From Hyphochytrium catenoides (lineage: Eukaryota > Protista > Hyphochytriomycota): a DNA stretch of 64,000 bases. Numbering within the stretch: the stretch's first letter is position 1; every line of letters begins with the position of its first letter. The stretch is taken from the NCBI GenBank assembly GCA_900088475.1, contig FLMG01000941.1:1-64000 (forward strand). The letters run 5' to 3'. This document shows positions 1 through 11,715 of the stretch, piece by piece. Position numbers and translations under genes: made by a program. The notes under the pieces are model-generated. The model was given only the letters and a program-made list of their open reading frames with translations, did no database searches and was not told the origin of the DNA.

Positions 1-94
1 CCGTACTACGGACGGAATATACAGCTTTTACTCCAGATCAGCCTGTACTGTAATCTACCTCTCATTCAACCCAGAGTTGCCTGTTTTAGAACTA

Positions 95-120
95 AATTAC
101 CGTATAATAATACGGTAATT
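95..120. repeat. Perfect hairpin/palindrome (11-bp arms); related palindrome at 334-347
   Basis: aattaccgtat-aata-atacggtaatt at 95-120; cgtattataatacg at 334-347 followed by the same ggtaa. Confidence 0.75.
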
Positions 121-1280
121 GGATTTCATAGCCGCTACCGTCCAGATGTGTTGGCCCAAATCGCCTTCGTTTTTGTCACCAGATCTCGTGTTGGACCAAA
201 AGGACGGACTTGGGCGCTAGCGGCTATCTTAGTTGGGTCCCTTCTGTCCTTCCTCAAAAACATATTTCAAGGGGAGCCTCTTCCTAACTCATTCTGGGTA
301 CTTGTAGTGAAGTTATGGCCTTCCAAAAATTGTCGTATTATAATACGGTAAATTTTCACTACAGTAGGGATATGTAAGGAGGACTATACCAAGCATTGTT
401 TTGAGCCCGGAAGCACGAAGAGTTCACGTCGGACACTTGTTGTTCAGCAGAGACTATGGGGTGGGGGCTGTGGGTTGCTCAAAGCATGGTGGGCAAACGA
501 CGATTAGTGGATGCTTGTGAAATTATGATTTGATTCTAATAAAAAGGAACACATTCTTATCAAATCTTTCAATTCTTTTTGTAGAGCCATGCTCAGAAGA
601 AAGTATACAAAGCGGGGACAGGGTGAAAGGATGAAGGTTTTTTAGAAGGCCTTTATTAGAGTCTGTTTATTAGCGTTCCTGTTTTCCCTTTTCTTATAGA
701 AAGTACACAATAGCAGGAGGACAGGGGAAGGAGGACAAGAGAAAGAAAGAGCCAGAAACATCTGTCCTGTAACTGTACCTCGCAATGGCTCAAGGCACAA
801 TGGCACAATGGCACCAATTATCCCGAATGGGCATATCGTAGCAAACCTGTACATACAGTCAGATGTGCTCTGTTTCGGTACAAATGTACCAGCACTGGTA
901 CGTGACAATTTATGTAACGCAATTTCGGATTTGCAATAAGACTGTCGCTGGCGTTCTGAATGGGATCAGCTGGACATGGTTACGGAGGTCACAGAAGGAA
1001 AACAGAAGCTCGGCCGTTTGACACGCGCAATGCTCAAAGGCCGAGCCCATCGTGACTTGGTGGAGACTGTCCAAGAGAGCGTGGCGCAGATTGCTTGCTG
1101 CCAAGGGTACATCAAGGCCAAGAGTAGCTAACAGAGCAAATTGGCTAGACTGCAATAAGACCGATTATCTGTGGCCTTTGTGGCTGAGCTTGAGGCTTCA
1201 TCTTCCACGAACTAGAAGGAGATCTCCAGCAGCTTCAATTCATACTAGCTGAACTAGAAAGCAGGGCATCTCTGGCTTCC

Positions 1281-2282
1281 ATGATGGTGTCCTTAATGAA
1301 AGGAGCCGCTATCCTGTCAACTCTTGTGCTCTTTCACGGAGCTGCTGCACAGCAGACAGGTGGTGGAGGCCTTGCAGACTTGATTGGAAATCTGGATCTC
1401 AGTTTCAACAGCCTCGGTGACTGCGTCAACGTAACGGCGTTCGCTCCCTTCATTCACGCTATCAGCTCTCCCGCTTACACTAAAATAGTGAACAGTGTTC
1501 TCTCCATCGTAAACAAAGATGCCACCCCTGAAGAAACTCGGCTGGAACTCACGTCCTCCGAGCTTGAGGAAGTCTGCCGCTCACTCAATCCTCCAGAAGG
1601 CGAGATGGCGAAGGTTCTGAAAGCAACCGACCTCCGCGGTGCCATCTTTGGTTATGCAGCTCAAGCTCCAAACTGTAACTTAAAGGCTGTCGTCCCACTT
1701 ATTCCTACTTTCTTGGGTATGACAGAAGATGAGCTGGTTGTCGCCGTCATAAGCGCGATTAGTGACTTCAACATAGCGTACTGCACCAAGAAGGAGGGCA
1801 CTTTCTGTGGACTAACTCTTCAAGCTGCGCTGAACGACAACACTACCGCTGATGGCTTAAAGATTCAGCAAGAGCTTGATTCTCTTGTAAATGCCACAAG
1901 CCCTGTACAATGCACAGCAGTGGCGACACTGACTGCAAAGACTGGCTGCTGTTACAACGGATATGCAACCTTTGGCAGTAATGTCGGCAAGGTCTTAGAC
2001 AAGATACTCCTTACAGTGGGAAAACTCTTGACAGTGCCGCCTGAACTCTCGGATATGATCAAGGGCTACTCTAAGATGCCTCAAAACTGTGTCGATGGAA
2101 CTCAGTGCAGTCAGAAGCCTGGGTCCATCCTAGACTTCGTCAAGCAGCCTGCTGCTAACCCAACTACGGCGCCAGCTCCAACCACATCGAAACCGTCTTC
2201 GGCCCATACCGACAAAGAGCTCTCTGTGTATGGCACTTTGGCCGCCGCTGTGGCGGCAACAATAGTTGGTATGAGAGTCTAG
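1281..2282 (+). CDS. Secreted Cys-rich, probably GPI-anchored surface protein (333 aa, intronless)
   Basis: Signal peptide (AAILSTLVLFHGAAA), spaced Cys including GCC, P/T/S-rich stalk (PAANPTTAPAPTTSKPSS), hydrophobic C-terminus (YGTLAAAVAATIVGMRV). Confidence 0.8.
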   Translation: MMVSLMKGAAILSTLVLFHGAAAQQTGGGGLADLIGNLDLSFNSLGDCVNVTAFAPFIHAISSPAYTKIVNSVLSIVNKDATPEETRLELTSSELEEVCRSLNPPEGEMAKVLKATDLRGAIFGYAAQAPNCNLKAVVPLIPTFLGMTEDELVVAVISAISDFNIAYCTKKEGTFCGLTLQAALNDNTTADGLKIQQELDSLVNATSPVQCTAVATLTAKTGCCYNGYATFGSNVGKVLDKILLTVGKLLTVPPELSDMIKGYSKMPQNCVDGTQCSQKPGSILDFVKQPAANPTTAPAPTTSKPSSAHTDKELSVYGTLAAAVAATIVGMRV

Positions 2283-3816
2283 TAAGCATTTATACTTTTT
2301 GACACAGCGTGCTTGGAAGGAAGGAGCTCTAAAGTGGACAGCTATAGGGACTTGTAGCTTTGTTGCCACCTTCGTAATCTTGCTAATCTGATGATTGTCT
2401 TTTCGAAGCTTGGACCGCCCTTCTTCCCTTCTTACGAGAATTCATCTCCTGGAGAGGTGCTTGTTATGATGCGAAGAAACTATTGCTGTGGAGGGCGTCT
2501 CAGGATATTAGTTTTCACGCTTGCAACGGGTACAGACCGATGCAGTAAATGACAACAGCTAGTATGGCAGGCACCTTTTAGGAGGTTGATGTCGATGACG
2601 CTTTGAACCGGAGTTTGTTATTTGGTGATGGCTCGCGGCTTTCACCTTCTCAAGTGCCTTCTCATGTAGAGCAGGTTAGCATCATCGACTAGGGGTAATG
2701 AAGGACTCTTATTCTGTTAACGCTCCCTATGGTGCCAAGGAATCCCTTCTCCTCTCTTCCTCGTTCATTCGCTTCTACTTCTTCCCCTCCTTCGTTTGCC
2801 AGCATCTTCTTTTCACTCATGATGAATCTCCGTCGTATCATACATTGTGGTGGACCTTGAGGCCCTGCAAGCAACTACATTACAGAGGTGTCTGCCATCA
2901 TATCATTCAGAGAGAGAAGGCAGACAGTATCAGTAAGAAGCTAGCTTGACGGCACCACTATCCTGGCTGAGTTCATGTTCCTATCTCTGGTTCCGACTCT
3001 TTCTATGGCTTTCATTGATCTGCTTTCGTGAACATGCAGGCCGAAGGAACTTTTCTTGCGAAATGGCTGCGACAGTGTATGGAGTCTTACAGAACCAGGA
3101 AGCAGCCACGATGGGAAGCTTTCCAGCATATCCTCATAGCACCAGCAGCAATCCACCACCAAACCAGTTCTCGGGCCACTAGTCGGCGAAGGGCAGGCGG
3201 CGTCCATTCGTTTTAAGGCAGCCTACTAGTATTATCAAGCAAACAAAATATACACTCTTAACATAGAAAATTTGTATGGCAACTCCTCCACCTGCTTGCC
3301 AAGAAAGGTCATCTCCAAAGAACAACCAGCCCCGCATCGCTTTTATGGCGAGCAGTACGGTAAGTTCAGATTGATCCCATTTAGGCAAATGAAGTAGCGT
3401 TGCATCTCCAGGGCAAACAAGGTATGAAGGAGACTCGAATATGGTGGCTGCGAACCGCAACAACCTCCTTGGCAGCAGGGCGTCGAGCATCTTCCACCGC
3501 GTGCCAGATGAATCGACAAAAAAGCTACGGAGTAGGAGTAACAGTGAGGAGGGGCCATATCCATAAACTGGTCTTCCGGGAGAACCGCAGGTAGCTGATA
3601 ATGGTGGAGCATCTGAGGGACCAAGCGGAATAGCGCCTGGGTGTTGCTGATAGTAGCCTTTCAGTGGACTCAATTGCAGAAGGAAAGCTTCACGCAAGAA
3701 TTAAAGAGAGACTTTATATATTATTTTAAGGTTCATCGCCCTTCTGTCTTTCCTTTCTGATATCTGAAGATTGCCAGTCAAAAAGCCTAGGATAGATATC
3801 ATGAAGCTAGGCAATT

Positions 3817-5124
3817 CTATCTCGCTCTTAGACTACGAGCTCTTTGACTTGTACCGAGAGCAGCGAAGTTGCTCTTGTTCCCAAGTGCAGCGTTGAATTG
3901 GTCTGCCAGTTGTCCCATCTGTCCGAGTTTGGCTGGGTCAGCGCCTTGGAAGCCCTTAATGCCACTGGCGACTGCGGCTGCGCCCGCAGCTTCACACTTT
4001 TGCTTGCATGCAGCGTTCACTTGCTGACAAATGCGCTGAATGGGGATCGCGGGGTTAAGAGCAACCTGCTGACCATCAAGTCCAAAGCGATTCTCAACAC
4101 CCTGTGTGGAGACCTCAAGCTGTTTGGCATTGCACTGAACTGCACCACCACTGTTGCCACTGACACCGCTGTTGCTGCTGCCTCCACCGCTGTTAGCACT
4201 GCTACCGAGAGCGGCGAAGTTGCTCTTGTTCCCAAGTGCAGCGTTGAACTGGTCAGCCAGCTGTCCCATCTGTCCAAGTTTGGCTGGGTCAGCGCCTTGA
4301 AAGCCCTTAATGCCACTGGCGACTGCGGCTGCGCCCGCAGCCTCACACGTTTGCTTGCATGCAGCGTTCACTTGCTGACAAATATTTTGAATCGGAATCG
4401 CTGGGTTTAGGGCGACTTGTCGGCCGTCAAAGCCGAAGCGATTCTCAACACCCTGCGTGGAGACCTCAAGCTGTTTGGCATTGCACTGCACCGACGAGAC
4501 TCCACCGTTGTTCACCGGCTGAGCTACTGCGGGTGCAGAAGGTGGTGCCGGCGCTGCTGTGAGGAGTGATGGTGGAGCCTGCGTAGGAAATACTGGTGCA
4601 GGAGCTGCTACTTGACCTCCACCTGATCCCACCCCAGCGTTCGACTGTAGGTCGAAGTTCGTCTGCTGATCAGGATTTTCCTGGAAGAACTGCGGCAGGT
4701 CGCAGGCAGGATCGAAGGCCTGTACAGATCCAAGGAGCTCGGGGTTCTTAGGAAGGCGGTCGCAGATCGAAGAGCACGGATTCTCGACTGCAAAGGGATT
4801 GACATTCTTCTCTGCATGGCGGAACTTGACAGCTATGTCAGTACACTGCTGGGGCAGATTGTTGGCCTTTACGAAGTTGATGATGCTGTCTGCGTGGTCT
4901 TGCTGAGCACACGCACCAGCCGCGGCGAGAAGTAGTGTGGAGATACCTTGACCAGCAAAAGTTGCAAGTTGTCCAGAGATTTCTCCAGAAACGCCGGGGG
5001 CACAGCTGCTGAGTTGATTAAGGCCAGAATTCTGCTCTTGGCCGAAGCGTCCCTCAACGACGGTTGGATGGCAGTAAAGCACACCTAGACAGCCAAGAGC
5101 GGTAGCGAGGCTACTCAGTTTCAT
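3817..5124 (-). CDS. Secreted protein (435 aa) with N-terminal Cys domain, Pro/Ala linker and two ~96-aa Cys repeats
   Basis: Signal peptide MKLSSLATALGCLGVLYC; motifs GRFGQEQ, AEKNVNPF and ALNPAIPIQxIC; long intronless ORF. Confidence 0.85.
   Translation of the reverse strand: MKLSSLATALGCLGVLYCHPTVVEGRFGQEQNSGLNQLSSCAPGVSGEISGQLATFAGQGISTLLLAAAGACAQQDHADSIINFVKANNLPQQCTDIAVKFRHAEKNVNPFAVENPCSSICDRLPKNPELLGSVQAFDPACDLPQFFQENPDQQTNFDLQSNAGVGSGGGQVAAPAPVFPTQAPPSLLTAAPAPPSAPAVAQPVNNGGVSSVQCNAKQLEVSTQGVENRFGFDGRQVALNPAIPIQNICQQVNAACKQTCEAAGAAAVASGIKGFQGADPAKLGQMGQLADQFNAALGNKSNFAALGSSANSGGGSSNSGVSGNSGGAVQCNAKQLEVSTQGVENRFGLDGQQVALNPAIPIQRICQQVNAACKQKCEAAGAAAVASGIKGFQGADPAKLGQMGQLADQFNAALGNKSNFAALGTSQRARSLRAR
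3852..4488 (-). repeat. Intragenic direct repeat, two ~286-bp copies (3852-4137 and 4203-4488)
   Basis: Near-identical DNA offset by 351 bp, each copy encoding VQCNAKQLEVSTQGVENRFG...NFAALG. Confidence 0.95.
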
Positions 5125-5478
5125 GGTCCAGACGGAGTAAGCTTGAGATTGACAGCTATACTTGGGAAAATCTCCTCAATGTGGGGACTTTGAGGCAAAC
5201 AACGAAGATGACTCTCCCTGAAGGGTTTGGAAGGAGCCAGCTGCGCTTTCTGGTGGTAGAGGATTCTTCTGAAGGTGTCGGCCTGCAGGCTGGAAGTTGA
5301 AGAGTGACACTCTACTAAGTCCTGCAGACTCACCCTTGTTGTTCATGTTCTTCCAAAGAGTCTGCAACAACGCCGCCTGCGGATCACTGGCCGCAATCTT
5401 TCAATGCCCTGAGCACTGGAGAGAAGAAGGGAAGCCACCGAGGTCTAAACTTCAAACTGCTGTGGTTCTATTACTACC

Positions 5479-7370
5479 TGATCCACGTGCTTCTCTTCTT
5501 CAACGCTTCACTTGCTGTTCCCCGAGCAAGACCACATAATAGTGAGGCAAAGTTTCTTCGGGGCGAGATAGTCTTGCCGGTGAGAGACATGGTATCATCC
5601 GTCGCAAGATACAGTTTCCGTCACTGGCCTCAAACCAAACGAAGGGTCATACATCGAAGAGGACTTCCTACGGAGCAAGATACTGGGTTCTCCTCTCTCG
5701 TCTGGCTTGACCTATCTCTCTAGCGTAAGTTATAGTTCTTTGTCCGTCTATATAACGAGGGTCGCTGCGGCGGTTCTTGATGATGGCGCCTTCACATTCT
5801 GGGAAGGAGAGGGAAGTGGAGGAAGGTCTATGTCTATGGATGGAGGTGGCTATTGATCCAGAAGGTGCTTCTCTTTCTTCTTCGACCGTTCACTTGCTGT
5901 TCTCTCGAGCAAGAACACACAGTGAGGCAAAGTTTCTTCTTCAGGGCGATAGTCTTGCCGGCGGCATCCCTCCTCGCAAGATACAGTTCCTGTCACTGGC
6001 CTCAAACCAAGAGAGCGGTGCCATACATAGAAGAGGACTTGCTACGGAGCAAGATCCGGGTGTCTCCTCTCTCGTCTGGCTTGACCTCTCTCTCTAGCGT
6101 AGTAAGTTATAGTTCTTTGTCCGTTTATATCACGACGGGTTTCGCCGGTTCTTGATGATGGCGCCTTCACATTCTGGGAAGGAGAGGTAAGTGGAGGAAC
6201 GTCTATCGATGGAGGTGACTATTGATCCAGCAGGTGCTTCTCTTTCTTCGTCGTCGGCCGTTCACTTGCTGTTCCCTCGACCAAGACCACACAGTGAAAC
6301 AAATTTTCTTCAGGGCGATTGTCTTGCCCGTGAGAGACATGGTATCATTCGTCGAAAGATACAGTTCCTGTCACTGGCCTCAAACAAGAGAGTGGTGTCA
6401 TACATAGATAGAACTTTCTACGCAGCAAGATACTGGTTTCTCCTTTCTCATCTGGCTTGTCCTATCTCTCTAGCGTAAGTTGTAGTTCTGTGGTGTCCGT
6501 CTATATCACGACGGGTTGCGGTGGTTCTTCTTGATGATGGCGCCTTCACATTTCTGGGAAGGAGAGGGGAGTGGAGGACGGTCTATGTCTAGGGATGGAG
6601 GTGACTATTGATCCAGAAGGTGCTTCTCTTTCTTCTTCGACCATTCACTTGCTGTTCCCTTGAGCAAGAATGCACAGAAAAGCACATCTTTCGTTGGGAC
6701 AATCGTCTTGCCTGGTGGGAGACGAGGCATTCCCTCCTCGCAAGATACAGTTCCCGCCACTGGCCTCAAAGAAAAAGGAGCTCATAAACCTAACCAAGGA
6801 CTTCCTACTGACCAAGATAATACTGGTTTCTCCTCCTCCTTCCTCTGGCCCATTGTCTATCTGTCTCTCCAGCATCATAGGTTATAGTTCTCTCCCCGTC
6901 CTTCTGCCTCACGACAGGTCACGGCGGTTCCTGAGGATCGCCGTCACATTCTGGGCCGGAGAAGGAAGTGGAGAAAGGTCGGTGAGGAGATTAGCTGATC
7001 CACCACCAGGTGGTTCTTTCTTTGGCCATTCACTTGCTGTTCCCTCGAGCAAGACCACACAGAAAGGGCACATCCTCTTCAAGACAATAGTCTTGCCCGT
7101 TGAGAGACATGGCAGTGTTCCTCCCAAGATACAGTTCCCTTCACTGACCTCAACCGAAGAAGGATGTATGCGTTAATAAGAGAGGAGGACTTCCTACTGA
7201 TGACCAAGACACTGGTTGGCTTCTCCTCCTCCCTCGCCTAGCCCACTGTCTATCTCTAGCATAAGTAGTAGTTAAGATTCCTTCCCCGTCCATCTGCATC
7301 ACGACGACGGGTCACGGCGCTTCCTGACGATCTGGCATTCTTCACACTCTGGGCTGGAGAGGGAAAGGAG
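5479..7370. repeat. Degenerate tandem array, 5 units of ~370-390 bp
   Basis: Units start at tgatcc 5479, 5854, 6223, 6609, 6996; shared blocks ttcacttgctgttc, aagatacagtt, cactggcctcaa; many indels. Confidence 0.92.
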
Positions 7371-8661
7371 GCCAGCTTTCTCAGTGAAAAAAGAAGTGCA
7401 CGTCAGGCCCCCCCCCCATAGCCCCACAGATGCGATCAAAGAGGAAAAGTGGTGGCGGTGGCGGGCACGAGGCAGGAGACACCATCCTCCTACCTGCACA
7501 CACTCTGATCATCACCTACCTGACCCGTCCGTCATAATAAGCGACAAGGCATAGTCTTGCTCTCTGTAAGAAAAAACCCTCTGCTCACACTGAATCCTAG
7601 AGTAGGTAGGTCATGGCCCTTCTTGCCCTTGTTGCCTACTGGGTAACCTCTTCGTCGTGGCACTTTTTATAAACCTTGTCCGACCCTCAGGAGGCAAGGA
7701 CAGCAAGGGAAAGGAAACAGTCCGTTGTCTTCCTGATGATGGATCATCGTGCATGGCTTGGTATTCACACGGAGAAAAGTCTGGGTAAAAACAACTTGTT
7801 GCTAATAATAATAACTATCGAGTCCTCCTCGCACCTCCATACAAACAACAAAACCTATGGGGCAAGTCCTTATTATTATGAGAATACAGTGAGTGAGGAC
7901 GAAGAGCCATCATCATTGGCCGCGTCCACTAGAAATGAGAAGGAAGAACGGTAATAATTAGTAGAAATAGCTTGAAACCCGGAGAGACGAGATGACAAGA
8001 GGAGGATCGGTAAGACAAAGGCCCGAACACCTCCTCCTCCTCGCTAGAAGCCTTTTGCTGCTGCACTGTCAAGCGTCCTTATCACTGATGTCCCTGTCAG
8101 ACCAACCATCGTCGTGCCGGCGTGCTCTCCCCGCCCATCATCAGGACTTGGCTTGCTTATTATAGAGAACAAACCGTTGGCAATGATGGTCATGGGTGGT
8201 GGTGTATCCTTCCTTGATAATGAAAGTCCTAGTAGCAATGGAGGTTCCTCCTCGTCCGTAGTCATTCTTCCACAGATAGCAGCAGCACGTCGATAAGAAG
8301 AGGTCAGACTACTACATACTATTTGTCTGGGAAAATGCACCAGAATTGTGCCTGAATGTGCCCTTGGAGAGGAGTCAGACAGCAGCGAGAGCACCGCCAA
8401 GCAGCAGGCACCACCGTCAGTGACATCAAACAAGAATAGAAGGATTTGATGATCCTCCTAAAAGCAAGTAGGACGACTAACTACTCTCTATTGTTTAACG
8501 GGCATCATATCGTGCGTCTTACTTCCCATGACCTGTCTACATTACCATCGTCGCTAACTCGTGTCCGAGCTTCTTCTGATGTTGAAGGGAGCGAACTACT
8601 ACCTGCTACCGCAAAGTAATGTCCTATGGTCATAGATGCCTGCTCCAACAGGGAACGGTTG

Positions 8662-8739
8662 AATATCCGGGGGGATATTAGGTTTTCCTGGCGCGGTAGA
8701 GGATGGGGCTGACCTCGGGCCTCAGTCTCAGATTTGCTC
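8662..8739 (-). repeat. Dispersed structured element, copy 1 (partial)
   Basis: aatatcc-gggg-ggatattaggttttcctggcgcggtagaggatgggg...cctcagtctcagatttgctc matches 30661-30737. Confidence 0.8.
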
Positions 8740-9327
8740 GGAACTGCACCAGCTTCGCAGGTCATTGGGGAATGGCTAAAGAAACGAAGCTACGAGCTCT
8801 CGATGATCTCTTTTTCCTCTACTAATTGTATGATGATAATGTGCATCCTCTCCCCTATGATGCATGTTTCTCGGTATTGTCTCCCGCCCGCACCTTCGAC
8901 CAGACAGTGGCAGATAATCTAAGGGACTGTACTGCATTTCTAATGGTAGTGGTCAGCAACGAGTTTGAGGTGATTGTGAACGAGACCGTATAGGCGTGCT
9001 GCTTCGTCTGCCTTTTCCTCCATTCTCGACCCATGAAGTCCTAAGACTTCTTCTGGGACGTTTGCTGGCCTCCTGACATGAAAGGATAAAACGTGACGAA
9101 GGGTAGCTACTGCCGTTAGTCCTTCACTTTTCAATCTCCAGCCAGATTTAACCCAGCCTGACAATCCAGCAGAAGACAGCAAAGGAAAGGGACCAATCCG
9201 TCGAACCAAGACGCAATCCTTCGACTGACTGGTTGCTGTTCCACGCTCGGCACTTCTTTCTCCATCAATTCTTCAGACTCAGCTTTATTTTGCTGTTATT
9301 GCCGGCAGAAGAAGAAGTATCATCATC

Positions 9328-9963
9328 ATGAAGCTTGTCACAACTGCCAGCATTTTATCTTTGATCATTCTCTCTCTCTCCTCTCTTCAACTCAGTGTCG
9401 TGGAAGCCAACGATATACCCGTCGACAGTATCGCAGGAGCTGCTGAAAGTGTACCCATCGACACAAGCACAACAGGCGTTGCCGATGAAGTTCTGCCCAT
9501 CGCCACTGCAGGTGTTGTTGATGAGGGTGCCTTGAGCACGGATGAAGCTGTACCCATTGATGATAGCACTGCAGGAGGTGATGCTGAAGCAGCTGTACCC
9601 ATCGATGCCACAACTCCAGACGCTGTTGGTGCTGAGGTCGTACCAATTGACATTAGTACAAGCGCCGCCGGAGTTGTACCCTTCGACGCTGCAACGGCTG
9701 CTGGAGGAGTAACTTCCCCAGTTGACACTGCAGCAGAAGCCGGTGTAGCCAATCAGAAGAGTGGAGGAGACAAGCTTCGTGAAAGAGTCAGGAAGGTGGC
9801 AAAGAGCTTGAAGGCCGTCGCCAAACGGCTGAAGGGACTCAAGGGCAAGCTTGTCAGGCTTAAAGGCAAACTCGGGGTTCTGAAGGCAAGAGTGAGACTG
9901 GCCAAGCTAGAGAAAAGGGCTAATAGGCTTGTAGGTAAACGCGCTCTACGTACTGGGGCCTAA
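9328..9963 (+). CDS. Secreted protein (211 aa): acidic VPID-type repeats plus a highly basic C-terminal helix
   Basis: Signal peptide MKLVTTASILSLIILSL; ~8 repeats of (V/I)P(I/V/F)D...; K/R/L-rich tail with LKGKL repeats. Confidence 0.85.
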   Translation: MKLVTTASILSLIILSLSSLQLSVVEANDIPVDSIAGAAESVPIDTSTTGVADEVLPIATAGVVDEGALSTDEAVPIDDSTAGGDAEAAVPIDATTPDAVGAEVVPIDISTSAAGVVPFDAATAAGGVTSPVDTAAEAGVANQKSGGDKLRERVRKVAKSLKAVAKRLKGLKGKLVRLKGKLGVLKARVRLAKLEKRANRLVGKRALRTGA

Positions 9964-11715
9964 GAAGGAAGGCCGACAACAAGAGAAGGAAGGTTGACAA
10001 AATCGAAGGAGTTTGCCTAAATAATCTTACTATTGAGGCTGACTCATCTTCTTTCAGCTTCAGTTAACCCTTATGAAAGCACGAACCACTTTGTAACAAC
10101 CCCTCGTTATACGTTGGTCTGTCCCTCTGCTGATGATGGCTGTAGTATGGGTGGAGAGGCCTCCGGGGAGATGGGTACAATGTCGGACCACTGAGCCCTA
10201 CTACTATAAGCGACGGAGGCAGGCGTGGTAGTCGTCTCCGGTAGGCGAGCGGAAGACCTCCACCACGATAGATAGACTTCGGACTGACGCTCAGGCCCGT
10301 GCATTGTCCACCTCGTCCTGGACCAGTATGTAGTAGGAAGGATGTTCGATGATCCACAAGAAGTCTTCCAAAGGATGCTGCAATGCTTCTGGGCCATCCC
10401 CTTGCTGGATGTAGCTCGGTCATGTGTATTCTTTCTTACCGTTAGCATGGATGATGATAGATGTGAGACCTTCGGGACAGCAACCAATGAGGCTGCTCAA
10501 AAGGAGGAGACAGTTACGACGTTGGGTCAAAGCGACACATGACAGCAGAAGATGCGGTGGTGACGCGGTCATGACTTTACCACCTGCCCTTCTTTTTACC
10601 TGACTTGCGCGCCCCCGCATCTCGGTTACGTCCTCCAGACGAGCTAATGTCTCGATAGTAGTATGTGGCGACGGACGAGGAGTGTTATGGGTAACGGTTG
10701 TGCTCTGGCTGTGCAGCACCACCACCAACTATATCGGGCGCGGTCTTAGGGGGGTTCACTTGTTAGGAGCAACCCTCTTTCCTAATAATCTTTGATGTCC
10801 AGTTCTTTCTCTCATACAGAGTGAGCGAATGGTGGTGATAGTGATATATAAGAGCAACCCTAGTAGTAGTAGGTATGGGTTAGTCCAGCCTTGGGTCCTT
10901 TTTTTACCGTGTTATTCCTTTTCATGCGTGGCTAGATGCTGGACAGCAGTAGTGGGGTCAGGTCATCATCAGCTGCTAGTAGGACTAGCGCTACAGCTCA
11001 GCTGACGTCCCAAAGCCCGGCTTCTCTTCTCTCCAACAACCTCTTTGTCTCCCCTCTTTGCGCAATCCATCGTGTCATCAGAGAAAGTGTGGAAATAAAT
11101 GGCCGGCCGATAGCGTGAACGGTAGTCGTAGTAGGTCCATAAGACTTCGTCGTCGGGAGTCGTCGAAGAAGAGAAAGAAGGCATCATCGGAGCAGCACGC
11201 CGACGACTGCCTGTCTTCTGCTGGGCCCGACGTAGTGGTAGTAGTGCAAATCTTTGAGAAGACCTGGGAGGCCATTCACGGTATGGCAAGGGGAACCGGA
11301 GGACCTCATGATAAGACAGTTATTCCCCCTCTTGAGCTCAAAGTTAAGTGGAGGGCGTTGCACAACAGCCAAAAAGTAGCGGACAGGCGTACCTCCTACT
11401 GGTATGGTGCACTGCCTGGTACTCTACGATACAGTGAACATACAGGGAAGCGCAATTCTTCTTCTTCGTCGTCGTCAATCTCTAGGAGGATGAGATGCCC
11501 GCCGCGCCGCCTACCTAAGGCTTGATTGATGTGCTCAGTTATGTTTGCGTCTGCTGAGAAGTGAACTTCATCATACGGCGATGGACGATCTCCATCTCCT
11601 CGAAGGTATCGTCGTTCTGCAGCACCCCACCACAAACAACAGGTACATTACTTGCAGGCTGCCACCACGGGACGCTTCTCCTCGTATCCTTCTTCCTAGT
11701 TAGAACAGTGCCATC

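Noticed and set aside
3844-4410. 188-aa plus-strand ORF (likewise 9387-9752 and 56215-57027)
   Set aside because: Antisense shadows of real genes
5479-7370. CRISPR array or repeat-protein gene
   Set aside because: Units are long, whole-unit homologous and indel-ridden; no spacers or cas genes; eukaryotic context
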